From an uncultured virus (IMG/VR IMGVR_UViG_3300037067_016944) (lineage: Duplodnaviria > Heunggongvirae > Uroviricota > Caudoviricetes), in IMG/VR virus record IMGVR_UViG_3300037067_016944: DNA of 64,000 nt; one strand, given 5' to 3'. Made by a program: the position numbers and the translations under genes. The notes beneath the pieces are model-generated. The model saw nothing but the letters and a program-made list of their open reading frames with translations, was not told where the DNA came from and searched no databases. This document shows positions 10,867-19,577 of the stretch, piece after piece; position 1 is the stretch's first letter, and each line of letters opens with the position of its first letter.

Positions 10867-11118
10867 ATGTCGCCAAGAGAATACACACTGTACAGAATCA
10901 TCCTACTTGGTTTAGACATTAAGGCACGTGAGGGTAGAGACGACTATAGAGTTAAGTCGCTTAGAGATCTTTACACAACACTAAAACAAGACATCGACAA
11001 CCCAGCACCTCACTTCTTAAAAATCCGGCAAAATTTTCTCGGCCTTGATCTGATTCATTTTGATAGGATTCTAGTTGATGAGACGGGAATCAACCAGTTC
11101 TTAAAGCGACAAGGATAA
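10867..11118 (+). CDS. hypothetical protein
   Basis: Start overlaps upstream stop (TAATG). Confidence 0.55.
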   Translation: MSPREYTLYRIILLGLDIKAREGRDDYRVKSLRDLYTTLKQDIDNPAPHFLKIRQNFLGLDLIHFDRILVDETGINQFLKRQG

Positions 11119-11296
11119 TCATGGAATGGTACTGGTGGGTTATCATCGGAATTGGTACGTATCTGTTCGCTTCGTTCACGCTTGCAACCTGGTATATCAT
11201 GTCGCCGACCATGAAGCCACGGCGGTGGATTGACTATTTCTGCTATCCTGCTGGGCTGGTAATACTATTACTCGCGTATCTGACCGGTAGAATAAA

Positions 11297-11506
11297 ATGA
11301 AGATCATCTCCAGTCTTGTGTTTGCTGCTGGGTTGGCTGTTATCTGCACCTCGTTCGCCTTAGAATTATGGTGGAGATGCCACAGCGACACCTTCAATTT
11401 GTTCCCATGGCAAGCGGGTGTTCTCTTATGGACTGGCACGCCAGGGATGATTCTCGTAATCATCGGCGGCTATCTCATTAGCATCACGAATTGGAGCAAT
11501 AAGTGA
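11297..11506 (+). CDS. small membrane protein
   Basis: Two hydrophobic segments. Confidence 0.5.
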   Translation: MKIISSLVFAAGLAVICTSFALELWWRCHSDTFNLFPWQAGVLLWTGTPGMILVIIGGYLISITNWSNK

Positions 11507-11772
11507 TGGACGAAGAGAAGAGGTACTATGTGGCTGATAACGGCTGCAGTATAATAGAATATCCGGCCAAGATCATCCACGAGAAAGATCGCACTCTGTT
11601 TGATGGCCAGGCTAATGGACAAGGCCCCAACTGGGTTTCAGTCCACGTGATGCCAGAGCACGAAATAGCTCACGACAGAAATATGCTCAGACTACACGAA
11701 TCGATAGCTAAAGCGGCTATCGAGTCTTGGGAAGTGTTCCGGGATGAAGAACCACATCTACTAAGCGAGTAA
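11503..11772 (+). CDS. hypothetical protein
   Basis: GTGA overlap with upstream ORF. Confidence 0.55.
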   Translation: MMDEEKRYYVADNGCSIIEYPAKIIHEKDRTLFDGQANGQGPNWVSVHVMPEHEIAHDRNMLRLHESIAKAAIESWEVFRDEEPHLLSE

Positions 11773-11775
11773 TCC

Positions 11776-12108
11776 ATGAGATATGCAGACAATCATTGCG
11801 ATTATGCCGAAAGCTTCGAGGGCGACGTGCACACCTATACCTTCACCGGCCCATGCGTCGTGACCGGGAAGTCTTACAGCGTAACTGTCCTAGGAAGTGA
11901 GCTTTACGCTTACCGAAGGGGTACCAAACTTCAGGACGCTTTCCGGAGCTTGTCGCCGGAAGACCGAGAATTCCTCTTCTCTGGCTTCTCGCCCGAGGGA
12001 TGGACGAAGACGTTCCCAGATGATGAAGACGACGGTAGACTCCCGGATGAAGAACCTTTGGACGAGCCTGTGAGCCAAGATATCGATCCAACTAACCCAG
12101 AGGTATAA
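11776..12108 (+). CDS. conserved phage hypothetical protein
   Basis: QDAF..LS..DREFL.SG..PE.W motif seen in many phages. Confidence 0.7.
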   Translation: MRYADNHCDYAESFEGDVHTYTFTGPCVVTGKSYSVTVLGSELYAYRRGTKLQDAFRSLSPEDREFLFSGFSPEGWTKTFPDDEDDGRLPDEEPLDEPVSQDIDPTNPEV

Positions 12109-12525
12109 ATGTACCAGCTAGAACTGAACAGTAGCCAAGCTTACGCCGTTGTCGCCGCTTTGGATGCTTTCTCTCGCATCCATACAGGTCAGGTCAATAT
12201 AGTTGCCGAGCTTTTGTCTGAAGGAGTGTATAGCTCTTACCAGATCGAGAAGGTCAGGGAGCTATGTGATGAGATTAAGCATATCCTTGGCTTCACACAT
12301 GGCTCCTCATTCGGCATCCATCATGAGAAGGTTCCGCAAATTGGCAAGAATTCATGGGATGTTGCTTGTGTTATACGTCAGGTTATCGCACGAGCGGAGA
12401 ACCACGGCAAGCATAGTGTCTGGCATCAAGACCCGCTTAAAAGCGATAATAGGAATCCTTTAGCGAAGTGTAAATTCGTCGAGGACCAGCCCGATTTGGA
12501 CGTGGGCACCCAAAGTATCGGTTGA
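12109..12525 (+). CDS. hypothetical protein
   Basis: GAGG SD, abuts upstream stop. Confidence 0.7.
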   Translation: MYQLELNSSQAYAVVAALDAFSRIHTGQVNIVAELLSEGVYSSYQIEKVRELCDEIKHILGFTHGSSFGIHHEKVPQIGKNSWDVACVIRQVIARAENHGKHSVWHQDPLKSDNRNPLAKCKFVEDQPDLDVGTQSIG

Positions 12526-12528
12526 TTT

Positions 12529-12846
12529 ATGAAGGTCCACATGATTAAATTGATGGGTAGGGACCTTTATTTCCAACTTACTGATGCCGGGGCATATAAA
12601 TTCACGAATTTCGGAGATGCTAGTGTCACCGATAGTATGGAGGTAGCCCAGCAAGTCGTCCTCCACATGCAGGACCAACAGCAGTTTAGCGATGACCTGT
12701 CGAAAGATATGGTCATGGAAGTAGTCACCTTCGAAGACTACGATATCATCAGACAAGCTACCAGGTTGAAGACCAGCTACAGCAACCCGAAATCGTGGAA
12801 TCCCGTTCGAAACATTTCTAATCTATTTGACGCAGGACTAGGATAA
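12529..12846 (+). CDS. hypothetical protein
   Basis: Co-oriented ORF. Confidence 0.6.
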   Translation: MKVHMIKLMGRDLYFQLTDAGAYKFTNFGDASVTDSMEVAQQVVLHMQDQQQFSDDLSKDMVMEVVTFEDYDIIRQATRLKTSYSNPKSWNPVRNISNLFDAGLG

Positions 12847-13139
12847 TGCTACAGATCATCCCAAGAGAGCCGACGTTCCAAGAAGAGCTTAGCCAGCTTA
12901 TCAACAGGTATTCACTAGAGAACGGGAGCAACACTCCCGATTTCCTCCTCGCCCTTTACCTACAACAGTGCCTCTCCACCTTCAACGACGTTATGCGGAA
13001 GCGAGAGGACTGGTACGGACGCCGATGCTCGATTGGAGGATGCATCGACCTGCACAAGCAGCAGCAAGAACGGGCAACCAATGCTCTTTTAGACGCAGAA
13101 GCCAGCCAAGCCTGTGATTTAGGACCGCGTTCATCGTGA
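12846..13139 (+). CDS. conserved phage hypothetical protein
   Basis: LINRYS.ENGSNTPDFLLA.YL motif. Confidence 0.7.
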   Translation: MLQIIPREPTFQEELSQLINRYSLENGSNTPDFLLALYLQQCLSTFNDVMRKREDWYGRRCSIGGCIDLHKQQQERATNALLDAEASQACDLGPRSS

Positions 13140-13317
13140 AGCTCACGGTTCACGGAAACACTATAGTTGAGGCCGCTCCTTTCGTTGATTGAAAGACAAG
13201 CTTGGGCTAAAACTACTTTCGGAGGCCGCTCGTCATCCAGGTCTTGGAGGAAGAGCAAAAGCCTTCTCTAGCCCAGCTACTTGAACGAGTCATCCAAGAA
13301 TACAAGGGGTTTTGAAC

Positions 13318-13659
13318 ATGAGAGAACTTACAAGCCACCGCGTCACTGTCGCTGAGAAGCTTTTCGCCGAGCTTAACGATGAGCTGTCTGTCTGTGTTGA
13401 GGATCACGGCGACTGCTCAACCTATATGATTTCTTCCGATTCCGAGATCTTCGGCAACGTTCTCATTCAAGACGAAGACTCCCTCGACCTTAATGGGGCA
13501 ACAGTTGAGTCTCTTCTTGCCATCGCTCTAGACAGTATTGGAGAAACTAGTCCTAGAGCATCACACCATATCCAGTGCGCTCTGGACGCTCTTCAACAGC
13601 ACATCTTCACCCGCATCGTCGAGGAGGGGAAGAAGCATGATACTACCAGAAGCTCCTGA
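13318..13659 (+). CDS. divergent Acb2/Tad1-like hairpin protein (putative nucleotide sponge)
   Basis: MRELTSH.V...NG.T.ESLLAI..D...AL..L pattern resembles the GVNG.T.E.LL.I.IDRL family. Confidence 0.45.
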   Translation: MRELTSHRVTVAEKLFAELNDELSVCVEDHGDCSTYMISSDSEIFGNVLIQDEDSLDLNGATVESLLAIALDSIGETSPRASHHIQCALDALQQHIFTRIVEEGKKHDTTRSS

Positions 13660-14119
13660 TGGATGTGTCGGATCTGACTCCAAGAATCCTATCTATGACG
13701 GCACAGCAGACCCTATAGTAGTACAGGGTACGAAAGATGATTGGTCTAGGCTTTTCAAGAAAGCCGTCGAGGACTACCCAGACCCGAATGGCGATCCTAT
13801 AGAATTGGCCGACAAGATAGAGGATCTTCAGAGAGGACATCTCTACGACGTCCTATATCGCGGAAGCCACGAGACAGGGTTCTTCTGTCGCTTCGAAGGC
13901 GGCATGGCCATCTTCTTCTGTTTCAACCTTGAATGCCAGGGCGACTATCTCTTCTTCCCTTCCGAGGAGATCGTAGTCGTCGAGCATCCCGAGAATTTAG
14001 CCTCTTTAGCTAGGACTATCTATTTTGAATGCGACAAGATTAGATGGCTTATAGAGTTTATGAAATGGGATAACGACGCCAATTTCGTTGTCGCTAAAGC
14101 CCGCAGAGGCATGATGTGA
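13637..14119 (+). CDS. hypothetical protein
   Basis: GGAGG SD upstream of ATG 13637. Confidence 0.65.
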   Translation: MILPEAPDGCVGSDSKNPIYDGTADPIVVQGTKDDWSRLFKKAVEDYPDPNGDPIELADKIEDLQRGHLYDVLYRGSHETGFFCRFEGGMAIFFCFNLECQGDYLFFPSEEIVVVEHPENLASLARTIYFECDKIRWLIEFMKWDNDANFVVAKARRGMM

Positions 14120-14126
14120 AAAGCCT

Positions 14127-14546
14127 TCACTGTAAAGAAGCTTCACTTCGCACCTTCATGAGTATCTTACCTAGCCAATTCTCACCCTCTCCGTCGCAGA
14201 CGCCCCAGAACTTATCTTCCCAGTCGTTTCCTTCGATAAGCTCTGCATCCCCTGTAGCCTTTAGCTTCTCTCTTAGAACCCTCTCATTGAACTTCTGCCG
14301 GATCAGGTCTTCCATTATCCTTAGCTTTATCGATTCCCAATCGTCTCTTAGCGTAACCCTATACCCTCTCCTCTTCGCCTGCCCTGCCGTTAGCAGCGCT
14401 ATCTCTTCCCTCTCGGCTATGTTCAGGGTCTTCGCCGCTTGGTATGCGTGTTCGACAGAGGGATATTCTATTCCTTCTATCTCGATTGTACAGGGGTAGA
14501 AATTCGACAAGAACCGATTCTCTTCGGAAAAGCTCGTTATGGCCAT
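14127..14546 (-). CDS. NADAR family protein (YbiA-like)
   Basis: FLSNFY, YPSVEHAYQAAK, L..TG..ELIEGN.W.D.FWG...GENWLGKILM. Confidence 0.93.
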   Translation of the reverse strand: MAITSFSEENRFLSNFYPCTIEIEGIEYPSVEHAYQAAKTLNIAEREEIALLTAGQAKRRGYRVTLRDDWESIKLRIMEDLIRQKFNERVLREKLKATGDAELIEGNDWEDKFWGVCDGEGENWLGKILMKVRSEASLQ

Positions 14547-14690
14547 TATTCTTCCTTACTCGCTATCTTGAACGTTTCTTTTGGTAGAAATCAAATACAG
14601 GATTCTTCCTTATAGCACGAAATGACACTGGAATGAACTTTAGTATTCGATAAGTGTCTAGGTCTTTCAGTCTCACTAAAGGACGATCCT

Positions 14691-15302
14691 ATGTCCATTA
14701 AACCAGGCCGATACAGACATTACAAGGGACAAGAATACATCGTCATAGGTGAGTCTACCCATACTGAAACCAAGGAGCAGATGGTCATTTACCAGCAAGA
14801 CTACGAGGATTTCAAGCTTTGGGTCCGCCCTAAGGAACTCTTTGAGGGTACGGTCGAGATAGGAGGGGAGGTAGTTAACAGGTTCACATATGTCGGACCT
14901 TGGTACTGCTGGGGCTGGTCATTTCCCGGTGATGAAATTGCGATAACACCTGCAACATTAACGGCTTGGGAGGATAGGATGACATATCAAGATATTCGAG
15001 ATAGAGGTGAGAAGCTACTAGAAGAGGCCAAGAAAGGCCAGAAAGTCATCGTTACGGCCATCCAGAAGTCCAAAGAGTTCAAACCCGGAGATAAGGTAGA
15101 GTATATCTCGGCTTCCGGAAAATCTTATACTGCCATTGTCGTCGAAATCCCAGAGAACCCTTGGCACCTTTCAACACCTCTCCCTACCCTCTCCCTTGCT
15201 TTTCGAGATGAGACAGGTCGGCTTATTCGAAAGCCGAGAGTATTACCTATCTCCGCATCCCTTCACAACCGTAAAGTCTATCGAGAAGTACAGAGACCAT
15301 GA
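14691..15302 (+). CDS. DUF1653 domain protein with extra C-terminal SH3-like domain
   Basis: GRYRHYKG..Y.V.....HTET.E.MVIY...LWVRP..LF. Confidence 0.85.
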   Translation: MSIKPGRYRHYKGQEYIVIGESTHTETKEQMVIYQQDYEDFKLWVRPKELFEGTVEIGGEVVNRFTYVGPWYCWGWSFPGDEIAITPATLTAWEDRMTYQDIRDRGEKLLEEAKKGQKVIVTAIQKSKEFKPGDKVEYISASGKSYTAIVVEIPENPWHLSTPLPTLSLAFRDETGRLIRKPRVLPISASLHNRKVYREVQRP

Positions 15303-15775
15303 AGGGTAAGGAGAAAGCTCGAAGACAAAAGGCCGACTCACCCTATATCGGCAACTTTATCCACAGATACTTTGAAACTAGGACATGCCGAAGGATGAAA
15401 GAAATAGAGACCGATATTAAGGTAATCAAGCCCATTAGACTCTTGGTAACGGGCGGACGGGCCTATTGGGACGAAGAGGAACTCTATAGGGTGTTGGATA
15501 AAGTAGCTGAAGACCGAACTATCTCTGTCCTCATCCACGGAGACGCAGCCGGAGCAGACACCTTGGCTGGATCGTGGGCTAAGGATAGAGGAATACCTAC
15601 TATTGCCATTCCTGCCGACTGGCAACGACTCGGTAGAAGAGCAGGACCTATCCGAAACCGCGTTATGCTTGAACAGTGTAGCCCCGATCTCGTCATAGCA
15701 TTCCCAGGAGGTCGAGGGACTAGAGATATGATAAGGATTTCGAAGGCAGCAGGGATAGAGGTAATAGAGATATGA
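15299..15775 (+). CDS. SLOG family protein (DUF2493/YspA-like)
   Basis: LVTGGR, IHGDA.GAD.LA..WA, AGPIRN..ML, AFPGGRGT.DM. Confidence 0.9.
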   Translation: MKGKEKARRQKADSPYIGNFIHRYFETRTCRRMKEIETDIKVIKPIRLLVTGGRAYWDEEELYRVLDKVAEDRTISVLIHGDAAGADTLAGSWAKDRGIPTIAIPADWQRLGRRAGPIRNRVMLEQCSPDLVIAFPGGRGTRDMIRISKAAGIEVIEI

Positions 15776-15953
15776 AGTGCGACGGAACCCGTATGTTCGA
15801 GTATTGCAAGAACGAGGCTATCACGGAAATCACTATGCTCCACGGTAATGTAGTCCATCTCTGCGATAGATGTGCGAAATTTACACAGATCTGCTCAGAG
15901 ATATTAGAGCCTATCGACCGAGAAATCATCAAAAACCTACAGGAATTATCCAA

Positions 15954-16190
15954 ATGACCATAAAGATTCTCGTCCTATTCCTCATTATCCCTGTCGTCAT
16001 TAGCGTTCTCTTTGGCGTCTTTGGCTCGCTTTTCGATGGCTATTTCGGCACCGAGCTTACCGGCCCTTTATTCGGGAGAGTCCTTCGCACGGTTGCCACC
16101 CAATTCTGTGGCGTCCTTTGGGCTGGATACCTCTATCTCGCTGTTTGGCTCTTAGTGAGAAGGCAGAAGAGTGATGCAAAAGGACTTTAG
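15954..16190 (+). CDS. small membrane protein
   Basis: Two hydrophobic helices; ATGA overlap. Confidence 0.55.
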   Translation: MTIKILVLFLIIPVVISVLFGVFGSLFDGYFGTELTGPLFGRVLRTVATQFCGVLWAGYLYLAVWLLVRRQKSDAKGL

Positions 16191-16389
16191 CGTTTTTCGA
16201 AAAGATGAAAGTCCGTCATGACACAACAGACTACAACAGAAAACCAAGATAAGATAAAAACATACGGTATCTCACCCTTAGACAGTTGTTTGTCTGTTTA
16301 TACCATGATGGTGATGTGGCAACATGCTTTGTATAAGTCGTTCTCATTACATTGTAAGCGTAGAGTGTCCGTAGGAGAGGAGAACAAGA

Positions 16390-16782
16390 ATGGCAGTTTA
16401 TGTAGATGAGTTGTTTGATACGGAGAAGACGCCACGTTGGAGATACGCTAAGGCTTGTCATTTAACGGCAGATACGTTAGAAGAGCTACATGAGTTTGCG
16501 GAGAGGATAGGGATGAAGAAGCAGTGGTTTCAGAATCACCCTAGGCACCCGCACTACGATTTGACGGTAGGAAGGAGAAGGACAGCAGTGAGGCTAGGAG
16601 CGGTAGAGGTGAAAGCGAGAGAGAAAGCGGAAGCAGAGAGGACACGTAGATTGATGGAAGCGTTAGATAGGGATGATTTAGTCCCCAGTGTAGGACCAGA
16701 GAACACGATACCGGGCATGGCATGGGCTTTCTCTACCGCCCAAGCTATTGATATAATGAGAAAACGCGGCCTGTCGAGATAG
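16390..16782 (+). CDS. DUF4031 family protein
   Basis: MAVYVD...CHL.ADT.EELH.FA.RIG....WFQ...HYDL. Confidence 0.9.
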   Translation: MAVYVDELFDTEKTPRWRYAKACHLTADTLEELHEFAERIGMKKQWFQNHPRHPHYDLTVGRRRTAVRLGAVEVKAREKAEAERTRRLMEALDRDDLVPSVGPENTIPGMAWAFSTAQAIDIMRKRGLSR

Positions 16783-16840
16783 TTGAACAGGCTTTACCAA
16801 TAATCTGATAAGCCCAAAGTAGTTCGGGACGTGGATGAAA

Positions 16841-17000
16841 GGGCCTGATGGTAGTTTGATGGTAGTCTAAAGGGCCTGAAGGGCCTGATGGGCCTGATGG
16901 GCCTGATGGGCGGCTGAAGGGCCTGAAAGAGTAGGCTAGCGGCTGAAGGGCCTGAAAGAGTAGGCTAGCGGCTGAAGGGCCTGAAAGAGTAGGCTAGCGG
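16841..17000 (+). repeat. tandem repeats: 9-bp GGGCCTGAW units, then 3 x 29 bp GCGGCTGAAGGGCCTGAAAGAGTAGGCTA
   Basis: 29-mers at 16910-16938, 16939-16967, 16968-16996. Confidence 0.95.
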
Positions 17001-17377
17001 ACAGGTAAATAGTTTTCTACGGTCCAGAATTACCCATAATTAAAAGTCTTCTCCTGAAAATATTGATAAGAGAAAAGGGATACAAGAGAGCTTTCGCACC
17101 CTCAAGAAGGGCCTTCCCGTGCCCGCGTGAAGCATCTTTGCTGATATTGCCTTGACTATTTCCAGGCTATTCAGAATGCAACGGGAGCTAAAGGAAATGC
17201 CTCCCGTGTCAAGCGAAGACCATATGGGCCTCACCACCCGGATTTTGAATGCCCGTTAATATTTACCTCTCAAGTTCCGAATACCCCGCCTTAAGTATAA
17301 GCCCCTCTTTCAGGCTATTTCGATATGTTTGATATTATTGAAATTTAGGAATTATTCCTGTCGTGCTATAACTAAGT

Positions 17378-17546
17378 GTTCACGGCAGACGCCTTTAGGC
17401 GGTCGTAAAGGGTGCATAGCCTAGTGCGTTCACCTGCTATACGTTTTGCCGCAATGAACGAGGCTCGACTTGGCGGAGGGAATAGTGATAATGTTCGGAC
17501 TACTGTCCTCACAGCAACACATCTCCCAAGACCCACTTCGAGCCTT
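17378..17546 (+). ncRNA. putative structured ncRNA
   Basis: Starts just after promoter 17361-17372; no ORF; nested stems GTTCA/TGAAC, CGGCAGA/TTTGCCG, CCTTTA/TAAAGG, ATAGC/GCTAT, AGGCTCGA/TCGAGCCT. Confidence 0.5.
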
Positions 17547-17554
17547 TAGACCAT

Positions 17555-17683
17555 AGCACGAGGAATTGATTCATAAACGTGAGGCACTTTCAGCAAAAAT
17601 TCTTTAGAATAAGAACTGGTTCAAAATTCTAAAGAACCTCGCTACGACTATTTTTGCTGGGTCTCTCTCCACTGTTGTAGACG
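17555..17683. repeat. 129-bp direct repeat copy 1 (internally palindromic)
   Basis: Identical to 18296-18424. Confidence 0.95.
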
Positions 17684-17764
17684 GGCGACACATGCTTTAT
17701 TGTGAATGACCTACCGCTTGTGGCGATAGTTATCTGTTTTCTCTAACCTCTAGGATATGCTCGA

Positions 17765-18292
17765 ATGTATCACTTCATGTTGCGTGGTTTGATGTGTCAC
17801 TGTGATTCGGCAATGGAGTTGAGGATTGTTTCGGAGATGCTAGCCAAGGAGAAGGCAATGGAGCAGTCGGCGGCTCCGAAGGACGATGTGAAGCGGACTC
17901 CTGTCCGAATCATCGCGGAGATCGCTGGTCATCTTGGTAAGCCGACGGAATGGTGGACGTCGGAGGCAGAGGGGCCGTTGAAGAAGGTGCAGTATGCACT
18001 GGAATCGATCGCCGACCAGAAGGCGGCTGAACTGGCCAAGAAGAAGGGACAGGAGGCGGCGAAGAAAGCCGTGGCGACGAAGAAGGCCGTGGCGACGAAG
18101 AAGGCGAAGAAGAAGCGCGAAGCCCGCTACTCGGTGAATCTCTCCAAGACGCCCCAGGAGCTCAAGGACATTCCCTACATCCAGGGCGGCATCACGTGGG
18201 CCATCGCCAACCGGATCGCCAAGAAGCTCGGTCGGGACGATATCGCCCAGTTGCGGAGCGACTTGGCCCAGCGGAAGAAGCTGCCCAAGTAG
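17765..18292 (+). CDS. basic Lys/Ala-rich hypothetical protein
   Basis: GC3-rich codons, KKAVAT repeats; lies between the direct repeats. Confidence 0.7.
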   Translation: MYHFMLRGLMCHCDSAMELRIVSEMLAKEKAMEQSAAPKDDVKRTPVRIIAEIAGHLGKPTEWWTSEAEGPLKKVQYALESIADQKAAELAKKKGQEAAKKAVATKKAVATKKAKKKREARYSVNLSKTPQELKDIPYIQGGITWAIANRIAKKLGRDDIAQLRSDLAQRKKLPK

Positions 18293-18295
18293 AAC

Positions 18296-18424
18296 AGCAC
18301 GAGGAATTGATTCATAAACGTGAGGCACTTTCAGCAAAAATTCTTTAGAATAAGAACTGGTTCAAAATTCTAAAGAACCTCGCTACGACTATTTTTGCTG
18401 GGTCTCTCTCCACTGTTGTAGACG
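18296..18424. repeat. 129-bp direct repeat copy 2
   Basis: Identical to 17555-17683. Confidence 0.95.
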
Positions 18425-18898
18425 CTTTCCATCTTGGAAATTCAATGCGGCCATCAGGACTTCAAACTGATGGCCGTCATCGTTTCTTGGGCATGCTTAG
18501 TACAGAGGGGAATCCCCCTGATTACCATGACGGCTTTAGATGGGCAATACACGGGCTTACCAGCCGGGTCCAGCCTAACTTCACGACGACAAGTTGTTCC
18601 TGGTGCTGGTTTGGTGATCCGCTCGTGCATGATACTGTGCCTATAGTAGGAAGGTTTCCAGAATGGAAATTCAACCTATCTACTTGCCCAGCGTCGTCTC
18701 CGCCTTCAATGCACTGCGGAATCTTTCTTTCTGAGCGGGCGTGAGAGTCTTCCAAATCTCGCGATTTCGAGGACTTAGCTCAAATAGAATCATGTCGTCT
18801 TCCTTGACGGGAGTCGTGAAGAATTCCCACACAGTCTGCAGGAAGAAGAACGGGAGAAAGATCCATCGCCACATAATCCGCCCTTTCCAAGCAGGAAA

Positions 18899-19114
18899 TT
18901 AGCTAAAGTCGTATTCGATCTCGTCGTAGCGAAGCATTCCTTCGGCAGGACGAGTCTCTGTTCCAGATACGCGCCACTCTGTCTCTTTATCGACGACCTT
19001 GATGATGGCATCGCGGATCTTATCGCCTAGATCCGCCACGTTGGCTTCGCCAGCCGCAATCATCGGAGCGATATGCCCTAGACGAACATCAAACCGCATA
19101 ACGTTGTGAAGCAT
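18899..19114 (-). CDS. hypothetical protein
   Basis: GGAG SD; minus-strand run. Confidence 0.55.
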   Translation of the reverse strand: MLHNVMRFDVRLGHIAPMIAAGEANVADLGDKIRDAIIKVVDKETEWRVSGTETRPAEGMLRYDEIEYDFS

Positions 19115-19257
19115 TCTATCTCCCGTCTGAGTGGTTGGCCTGATGGCATGTCGCCATCAGGAACGTAGTTATAGCACAAACGGCCATTAGTCCTAAACAA
19201 AGGAACTTGAAGCTCCAGAGTAAGAACCACTTGCCGGTATAAAAAGCGAGCGAAAGT

Positions 19258-19572
19258 TTATCGAGTTCTGCTATTCTCATGATTTCTGCTAGCGTCATCT
19301 AAAGGCAGTATCACTCGCCCGTCCGGCATGATGACGGTGCCGTTCGGATGGAATGGATGCGATGCGAAGAAAGCCAGGATCATTATAGCCCAGAAGACGA
19401 CAGCGATGAATAACCCTAGCCATCGTCCAACTCGCTCTTCTTCTCGCGTCCAACCATAGCCATCAGCAATAGCTTGTTGCAGCCCAGCCTGTTGGTCGGC
19501 AATTTCAGCGTCATCGAAGTTGTCATTAGGTTGTGTCAAATCGACCCACCATTTCCACTTTAGCTGGCTCAT
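19258..19572 (-). CDS. membrane protein
   Basis: Single TM segment. Confidence 0.55.
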   Translation of the reverse strand: MSQLKWKWWVDLTQPNDNFDDAEIADQQAGLQQAIADGYGWTREEERVGRWLGLFIAVVFWAIMILAFFASHPFHPNGTVIMPDGRVILPLDDASRNHENSRTR

Positions 19573-19577
19573 AGCTG

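Noticed and set aside
16910..16996. 29-bp repeats as CRISPR repeats
   Set aside because: Directly tandem with no spacers
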